A DNA stretch of 16,437 nucleotides from Tubiluchus corallicola (taxonomy: Eukaryota > Animalia > Priapulida). The number at the start of each line of letters is the position of its first letter. Position 1 is the first letter of the stretch. The DNA is taken from NCBI GenBank assembly GCA_030141605.1, contig JAQGDQ010002057.1, forward strand, positions 1 to 16,437, read 5' to 3'. The notes beneath the pieces were generated by a model. The model was not told the DNA's origin. It did not search any database and worked only from the letters and a program-made list of their open reading frames with translations. The position numbers and the translations under genes were made by a program. Positions 9,506 to 16,437 of the stretch are shown in pieces.

Positions 9506-9566
9506 ATTTTCCAATGTCAAATATTGCAAAATGCAAAATCAGTTTCAGCCAGTTCAACATCATCAT
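9506..9566 (-). CDS. Putative pentraxin coding exon 1: start codon and signal-peptide-like segment (exon 9506-9602 including 5' UTR)
   Basis: gcagcaATG at 9566 is preceded by in-frame stops. It reads MMMLNWLKLILHFAIFDIGK followed by a phase-1 GTAAGT donor matching the phase-1 acceptor at 8753. Upstream acceptor ccattacAG at 9603-9604. Spliced CDS totals 795 nt (264 aa + stop). Confidence 0.68.
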
Positions 9567-10520
9567 TGCTGCTTAAAACACTTAAAGTCTCGTTGAATTA
9601 TTCTGTAATGGCAGAGCAAAATAACAAAGCTATGTATACGATGCCATCCACGAGAATATGCAGTAGGAAAGCAACATGCATTGTGCCTTTACTCCTTGAA
9701 CATAACAAACATATCGACTCTGTCATGGATACCATTGTCCGCACAATGGCCCCTAAGGAAAATACGCTGTGTCCAAGAACACCTGTCTCAAATCATTCCA
9801 TTGTTTAAAGACAATAGAAACATTGATTTCTGTAGACCAAACAAGAAAATACAATACCATAAGTTAAAGCGACATGCACAAACAAAAATACAATATTTGT
9901 GTCGACCTAATTTAAGGCAGACATTAACATTGCACCATTTAAAGAACAAAAACGTGTGTGTATTTGTATTATTATTAACATCATTTTATTTCGAATATAC
10001 TTTACATTGTAATTTATAAAAAAACTGTTAGTAGTTTGGATTATTTACACGATTAGTAATAAAAACAACGTAACGATAGTAAAGAGAATTAATGGGCCTA
10101 ATGTTTCTGATAAAATATATGAGCAGTACAATTTCAAGCAAATTAACATGTTACAATGTAATTTAGAATTGATTGCAGTTGTGCTGTGTTTAAAAAAATT
10201 AAAATCATTGCATTCTAAGTGTTCGATGCAGTCTCTAGCCATATTACCTGTTGGTTTCCTATCAAAGCCTTTTTCTACATTGACCTCCTTGCAAAAATAT
10301 CATATCCATTTTCTAACTGATAACTACTACAGTTATGTGTCGTAAATTAAAATCCTTTGGTGATATAACCGTAAACAGAGCTTGGTGTGCCACAAACTTA
10401 ACAATAGTCTAACTACTTTGTTTACAAATAAAATAGAATTTAATAAAACGCTTGACAAACTGTTGATTTGGATATAGAATATTCGCAGCAGCAGGGCTTG
10501 AACCCAGAACTGAAACTCAC

Positions 10521-10539
10521 TGTTAAACATGAAATTCAT
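10521..10539 (-). other. Candidate 19-nt micro-exon (stop-containing or UTR)
   Basis: ttgcttgtAG|ATGAATTTCATGTTTAACA|GTGAGT. Splice sites are good, and in phase 1 it reads DEFHV*. Confidence 0.3.
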
Positions 10540-10680
10540 CTACAAGCAAATTAAGCAAAACATTTCAACAGCGTTTCTTGCCGTCTTGTCATGTATGGAT
10601 AAAAGTGGCAAGATGAATAATAATTTAAACCATGAAACTCAATTTAAAGACTTCCATAATATTTTAACCTGTATACTTAC

Positions 10681-10716
10681 CTACAGAAGAGCACGTTACA
10701 CGATGTGAACCAGCTT
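10681..10716 (-). CDS. Candidate 36-nt phase-1/1 micro-exon (linker after the Sushi domains, or a UTR exon)
   Basis: ttttgttcaaacacAG|...ctgtag|GTAAGT. Open in phase 1: EAGSHRVTCSSV. Confidence 0.5.
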
Positions 10717-11143
10717 CTGTGTTTGAACAAAACCAAAAACAAAATTGCGTAACTCCAATGCAAAATTTGCAATACACAAAGAACGAATTATTAGTACAAA
10801 CAATAAGCACTCCGTCACAAAAATTCACTCTTGCATGACTTGCACAGGAATAATTTCAGGGCAGGATAACAGGCAACAGGTAAACATACTCACCCTTAAA
10901 GTAACTTTTCAAACCTACATACCAACAACTATTTAGTCTTGAATGTGACAAAATATCTAAAATGTGAACGTTATTATTATAATATACTAGTTTTACATGA
11001 ACGCATGATTTGTGATAGGTTTCTACGACCAAATGTTATTTGTACAATCTAGTAAAAGAACGTCTTTTGTGGCTAAAAAATATCAAAAATGTATCAAATC
11101 TACAATCTAAAAATTATGAATAGAGAACAATTAGGGATGTGAC

Positions 11144-11526
11144 CGAGGGCGTATCAACACTTTACGACGCCCGAGGCTGATAGTTCTGTTCCCCCCGTCT
11201 CTTTTGTGAATTTATGGTTGTTTATGTAATGAACAGGTTACACAATTACTTGTGGTGTGTCAGTAGCACTATTAACCTCATTTCTAGGTGGTCATTATTA
11301 ATTACATGTATTTGCATAACGCTTATATTCAAGCAACTGCTTGTTGTGTAATACCTGTTCATTATTCGGTAACTGCCTGTGGTGTGTTATAAAACGAGCC
11401 CCTTTACATGAATGTGAAAATTATACACATTTCCCTAGGAGGATAAGGATCTTCTAAAGTGTGACGCCCTCAAACTTAGGGGCCCTAGGCTATAGCCTAG
11501 TTAGCCTATCGGTTGATACTCCCCTG
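11144..11526. mobile_element. hAT-like MITE, 383 bp
   Basis: Termini CGAGGGCGTATCAAC and GTTGATACTCCCCTG match 12/15 as inverted repeats. Flanked by an 8-bp near-duplication GATGTGAC (11136-11143) / GGTGTGAC (11527-11534). Subterminal GCCC(G/T)AGGCT motifs occur at both ends. Confidence 0.75.
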
Positions 11527-11815
11527 GGTGTGACAGACTCTGCTCTGACAGTAACATTTTTGAAACCTACAGTGCAACACAAAGTCAGGCATCCTAATCA
11601 GTACAGCAGCTTCCAACTTTCAGCTTACGTCAATTACGTGTGAAGATCCTCACCTGTTTCCAAGAATGTACATTCCAGTTTTTGGTTTGCTTCTGCAGTC
11701 TTTCTGATTCAGATAATTTCATCTATTATCAAGCATCTCTAGGCGCATTCATGTACAAAATTATAAATGTCTACAAGCATTTTGCAAAGGAACCACCATC
11801 ATATACTCTACATAC

Positions 11816-12013
11816 CACATATTGGAACAGGATGAGACCATGTACCATTTGCTTGACATTCTGTCTCTGAAACTCCCTCTAGCACTGCCACTTTTTTATC
11901 GCACGAAAAGAACATTTTGTCAGGGTACAGAAAGAGAGGATAATCAATTATTCGACCGTGAATGTCCCGCATTGTCCCGTGGTGTGGCGCCTCTATCGCG
12001 GGACAAGCTACTC
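11816..12013 (-). CDS. Sushi/CCP domain exon (third in transcription order; missing from the ORF track)
   Basis: Acceptor tttattttAG (12014-12015), donor GTATGT, 198 nt, phase 1/1. GVACPAIEAPHHGTMRDIHGRIIDYPLFLYPDKMFFSCDKKVAVLEGVSETECQANGTWSHPVPIC has 4 Cys and the C..NGxWS..P.C motif. Confidence 0.93.
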
Positions 12014-13072
12014 CTAAAATAAAAATCTGTAATCACACATTGTTTACAAGTTGAGCTCAACATAACAAATTCTTAATGACAAGCATTACAACAATTAATG
12101 AGAACTTGTGTCGTTTTTTTCTTTATTACATTTTAAAGTATTATAAATGACTATATTAGTGATTGAAACTAAAAAAAAATAATTTCTAGTATTGTTTTTT
12201 GTTCCTTTCCAGAAGAAGCTGTTGTACAGCAGTAAAGAAACAATGCGTTTTTCCAATTTCTTCATTGAAAGATTTTTTTATTAATTTTCATAGTTTCATT
12301 ACTAAATAAATGTGTTTGCGACATTTCAAGTAACTTCCTTATTCGCTGTCAGTGTTCAGAATTCTTACATCTGCAGTAAAATGCAACTACTCTGATTATA
12401 CAACGCGCTTCGAAAATTTTTTAGCCATTGTTCTAATGCTATGTAAAAGGAAACAAACATATGTAATTTTGATATTGTAATTTGCAATTGTAATTTTAAA
12501 CAACCAAACATACATAAATTTGATAAAATCCTAAACAAAAAAATGTTTGCTTACGAAGAGCCTAAATTGTCGCAATTCAAGAATATGCCGATATACACCT
12601 GATTTAAGCACGTGATAACTGGCAACAAACTGTGTGAGCGACAGTACTTTCTCTATCTAGCAGCACACGCTAGCAGTGCAGCGTACAGCGTGTAATCTCA
12701 AACATGTGCGCATGGCTCCATTTGCACAGCAGCCAAACACTACGTTGCTGGGCTATGAAGCCAATTGTGTTTCCCTTCATGTACTCAGGTTCCGTACAAG
12801 TTTAAAGAAAGAACTAAAGAAAAAATACATTATATTAAAAATTATCGATAATATTGAGTGAAACTAGGGGGTGCTGCAGTTCGAGAGTACCTATACACGA
12901 ACCGCCACTGAGACTCTTGCATTGAGCTAAAGTTTAGGAAAAATACCATAATTATGAAAAATGCTAAAAGGTTCTGAAAGGTACAGCTGAGACAGATTTT
13001 AGTGAGCAGCACGTGTACGAAAATTTACTCATTAAATTAAATAAATGAAATCAAACAATAAAAAAATCCTAC

Positions 13073-13264
13073 CATGGCAGCCCTTGTATTCTGGGTCAAT
13101 TGTCCACTTCCCATTTTCCTGACAAACTGTCGTTATCTGCGTAATTCCCACATCAAATTCATATCCGGTTTCACAGGAAAGGACAAGACTTGTGTTGTAG
13201 ACCTTGTCATTTGTGCTTTTTATACGATGATCCCCATCAAGTGCTTTAGGACAGACGACAAGCG
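13073..13264 (-). CDS. Sushi/CCP domain exon (second)
   Basis: Acceptor ttgcttgtAG (13265-13266), donor GTAGGA, 192 nt, phase 1/1. ALVVCPKALDGDHRIKSTNDKVYNTSLVLSCETGYEFDVGITQITTVCQENGKWTIDPEYKGCH. Confidence 0.93.
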
Positions 13265-13434
13265 CTACAAGCAATATGCAAAATCTTTTAAATCATGTGT
13301 GGTTATTTTTCTTTGCCATTCCAGGTTAGTAGAAATGCAAAATACAAATCAGTACACATTTTTTAGTAATGTGAACTACCAAGCAATATTTCACTTTAAC
13401 TTTCAATTTATTTGAATTAACATAACTACCATTA

Positions 13435-13554
13435 GACTACGACCAAATCACGTTGAAAACACCGCTTCTCGTCTGATCACTGAAGTTAAGTAACGTAGAG
13501 CCTGGTTAGTACTTGGATGGGTGACCGCCTAGGAATACCAGGTGCTGTAGGCTT
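13435..13554 (+). pseudogene. Full-length 5S rRNA-derived sequence (Pol III type 1 promoter head of a SINE; probably not a functional 5S gene)
   Basis: GACTACGACCAAATCACGTTGAAAACACCG...GATCACTGAAGTTAAG...GTTAGTACTTGGATGGGTGACCGCCTAGGAATACCAGGTGCTGTAGGCTT is 120 nt of metazoan 5S. Box A is at about 13484-13491 and box C at about 13515-13525. It is solitary, intronic, has no oligo-T terminator and carries several substitutions. Confidence 0.92.
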
Positions 13555-13981
13555 GCGGGATGCCCACACTGTATCTCGACACTAGGCGGAGGAGCAGAAG
13601 CAGCCTACGGCTAGAGAGTGGAGGAGGTCAAGTGACCCAACGGCCATATGTAGAGTAGTAAACCTTCCAAATCAGGAGTGGAGCCCCGAAGGCAGACCAG
13701 TGCAGCATGCTCACTGACTCCGGTAGCTCCTGCAGCCAACCTGGCGCCAAACGTATTGCTCCGCTTTCCTTAGGACTACACCAGCAAGGAAGAGAGGGGG
13801 TTCCTGTTGTCTGGGCAACTCAGGATCTCCATACACCTTGCCCAGGCGTGCGCACTGGAGACGTTGAAGGATCGGATTGCTCAGCCACAGTCGATGCTGC
13901 AGCTCCATCAATGTGATCAATAACTGACTCTCTTGGCGCACACTCCATTGTCTTCCGAGACAGAAGAATGCAAACCAACAA
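13435..13981 (+). mobile_element. 5S-derived SINE (SINE3 type) with RTE-LINE-derived 3' tail
   Basis: 5S head, then a GC-rich body of about 310 bp. Next is RIGLLSHSRCCSSINVINN* (13868-13927), matching the end of the RTE ORF zinc finger (SRIGLxSHxRxC). It ends in a short UTR CACTCCATTGTCTTCCGAGACAGAAGAATGC and a CAA-like tail. No clear target-site duplication. Confidence 0.82.
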
Positions 13982-14031
13982 TTTTACGATAGATTTCAGA
14001 TAATGGTACAAGAAATATGTATTACGAATAT

Positions 14032-14052
14032 AATATATATATATATATATAT
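14032..14052. repeat. (TA)n microsatellite
   Basis: Run of about 10 AT dinucleotides. Shorter runs occur at about 9031-9070. Confidence 0.85.
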
Positions 14053-14510
14053 GTCAACTTTAGATTATGTATGTTTTAGGGAGACCAAGGAAACTGCAGC
14101 TTATATTACATATATTTTGCCCTCTGGGGGTCACCCATAGGACAATATGATGATGTTTAAGAAGATAATTATGACAGTTTGTGACTAAAATTCTGCAAAT
14201 ATTCAAAGCTTATGATTAGTATGTTAGTAAAATGAATGAAGAGATTATTGTAATGGTTTTTTTCTTGTTCTGAGGAGTATAGCACATTTATGTAAATTTA
14301 TACTTACAATAGTATTTATTATACAGGCAGCAGTTGATGATTACTTGTGATTGGCTTTTTGAAATAGACCTGTGTCGAGTGATAAATCAACCGGCTTCGA
14401 TCCCATACAAGCTTTGTCATGCATGAAATTTCCAATAGTCGCATTATAACATTATAAAATATATATCAGTAGCATTATATGAGAATTATAGAAACGTAAA
14501 ATTTACAAAC

Positions 14511-14714
14511 CATTGCAGCCATCATTAAGAGCAGGCTCCCATCTACGAGGATTATCTTCACAAGTACTATTCAACATTGTTACACCTGGTGAAAACTGCC
14601 AGCCTGTCTCACACTCAAGATGTAGTTCTGTGCCATGAGGCTGAGCTGTTGTCAGTAAAGCTTCATTCTCAGTGTCAACATGGACGTGCAACTTTTGACC
14701 AAATGGATCACAAA
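14511..14714 (-). CDS. Sushi/CCP domain exon (first in window; gene start lies beyond the right edge or is missing)
   Basis: Acceptor ttttAG at 14715-14716 (alternative in-frame AG at 14721-14722), donor GTTTGT (14510-14505), 204 nt, phase 1/1. CDPFGQKLHVHVDTENEALLTTAQPHGTELHLECETGWQFSPGVTMLNSTCEDNPRRWEPALNDGCN. Confidence 0.88.
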
Positions 14715-14832
14715 CTAAAACTAAAATGCAAAAACATCATGAAGTGAAAAAAGAAAAAAGAAAAAAGAGAAAACCCCAAACAAAAAACAAACATATGTTT
14801 CTGCAATCCCAACATTTTCACTAACACAAGCC

Positions 14833-16437
14833 CATCAACGTTTCTACTATAAGTACATCAATATCCACTAATACAAGTAGGTCAATGTCTCTACTAATAC
14901 ATGTACATCAATGTTTTTACTAATACAAGTACATCAATGTTTCTACTAATACAAGTACATCAATGTTTCTACTAATACAAGTACATCAATGTTTCTACTA
15001 ATACAAGAACATCAATGTTCTACTAATACATGAACATCAATGTTTCTACTAATACATGAACATCAATGTTCTACTAATATAGGTACATCAATGTTTCTAT
15101 TAATACATGAACATCAATGTTCTACTAATACAAGTATATCAATGTTTCTACTAATACATGAACATCAATGTTCTACTAATACAAGTATATCAATGTTTCT
15201 TCTAGTACAAGTACATCAATGTTTCTTCTAGTACAAGTACATCAATGTTTCTACTAATACAGGTACATCAATGTTTCTATTAATACAAGTACATCAATGT
15301 TCTACTAATACAAGTACATCAATGTTTCTACTAATACATGAACATCAATGTTCTACTAATACAAGTATATCAATGTTTCTTCTAGTACAAGTACATCAAT
15401 GTTTCTACTCAGACAAGTACATCAATGTTTCTACTAAGACAAGTACATCAACGTTTCTACTAATACAAGTACACCAATGTTTCTACTAATACAAGTACAT
15501 CAATGTTTCTACTAATACAAGTACATCAATGTTAATACTAATACAAGTTCATCAATGTTTCTACTAATACATGAACATCAATGTTCTACTAATACAAGTA
15601 CATCAACGTTTCTACTAATACAAGTACACCAATGTTTCTACTAATACAAGTACATCAATGTTTCTACTAATACAAGTACATCAATGTTAATACTAATACA
15701 AGTTCATCAATGTTTCTACTAATACAAGTACATCAATGTTTCTACTAATACAAGTACATCAACGTTTCTACTAATATATGCACATCAATGTTTCTACTAG
15801 TACAAGTACCTCAATGTCTCTACTAAGACAAGTACATCAATGTTTCTACTAAGACAAGTACATCAATGTTTCTACTAATACAAGTACATCAATGTTTCTA
15901 CTAATACAAGTACATCAATGTTTCTACTAATACAAGTACATCAATGTTTCTACTAATACAAGTACATCAATGTTTCTACTAATACAAGTACATCAATGTT
16001 TCTACTAATACAAGTACATCAACGTTTCTACTAATATATGCACATCAATGTTTCTACTAGTACAAGTACCTCAATGTTTCTACTAAGACAAGTACATCAA
16101 TGTTTCTACTAATACAAGAACATCAATGTTTCTACTAAGACAAGTACATCAACGTTTCTACTAGTACAAGTACATCAATGTTTCTACTAATACAAGTACA
16201 TGGATGTTTCTACTAAGACAAGTACATCAATGTTTCTACTAATACAAGTTCCTCAATGTCTCTACTAGTACAAGTACCTCAATGTTTCTACTAGTACAAG
16301 TACATCAATGTTTCTACTAATACAAGTACATCAATGTTTCTACTAATACAAGTACATCAATGTTTCTACTAGTACAAGTACATCAATGTTCTACTAATAC
16401 AAGTACATCAATGTTTCTACTAATACAAGTACATCAA
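14833..16437. repeat. 26-bp tandem satellite, about 61 copies, continuing off the right edge
   Basis: Unit CATCAATGTTTCTACTAATACAAGTA with 25-bp and substitution variants. No unique spacers. Confidence 0.98.

Noticed and set aside
9597-9752. Minus-strand reading GAIVRTMV...HVAFLLHILVDGIVYIALLFCSAITE* as a membrane-anchor last exon of the Sushi gene
   Set aside because: It is phase-1 compatible after ttccttAG, but the hydrophobic stretch is interrupted by His/Asp and overlaps the polypyrimidine tract of exon 9602. Not supportable without transcripts.
12864-12910. Possible MITE terminus (CACGAACCGCCACTG)
   Set aside because: No matching opposite TIR or target-site duplication found in the window.
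13435-13554. Functional 5S rRNA gene
   Set aside because: Single intronic copy with no oligo-T terminator and substitutions including apparent CpG decay, fused to a retroposon body.
13707-14011. Three overlapping ORFs in the GC-rich segment
   Set aside because: They lie inside the SINE body, and only the short RTE C-terminal relic (13868-13927) has a recognisable motif.
15040-15489. Repetitive MFLLIHEHQ ORFs
   Set aside because: Translations of the 26/25-bp satellite.

Overview
AT-rich, intron-containing animal genomic DNA, probably from an invertebrate (the taxon cannot be fixed from sequence alone). It is not prokaryotic, and most of the ORF track is spurious. Reconstructed from GT-AG sites and reading phase, the minus strand carries three phase-1/1 Sushi (CCP) exons (14511-14714, 13073-13264, 11816-12013). 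These are followed by a complete 6-coding-exon pentraxin gene (9506-9566, 8629-8753, 7165-7289, 6241-6362, 5638-5784, 3024-3238; 264 aa) with its own signal-peptide-like first exon. A C-type-lectin gene fragment converges from the plus strand (1302-1483 plus a damaged exon near 2520-2630). The non-coding DNA holds a 5S-rRNA-headed SINE with an RTE-LINE-derived tail (13435-~13981) and an inverted pair of degenerate Penelope-type hammerhead ribozyme units (5890-6118). It also holds four MITE copies from three classes (TTAA, TA and 8-bp target duplications), pentamer repeats, and 59-bp and 26-bp satellite arrays at the two ends.
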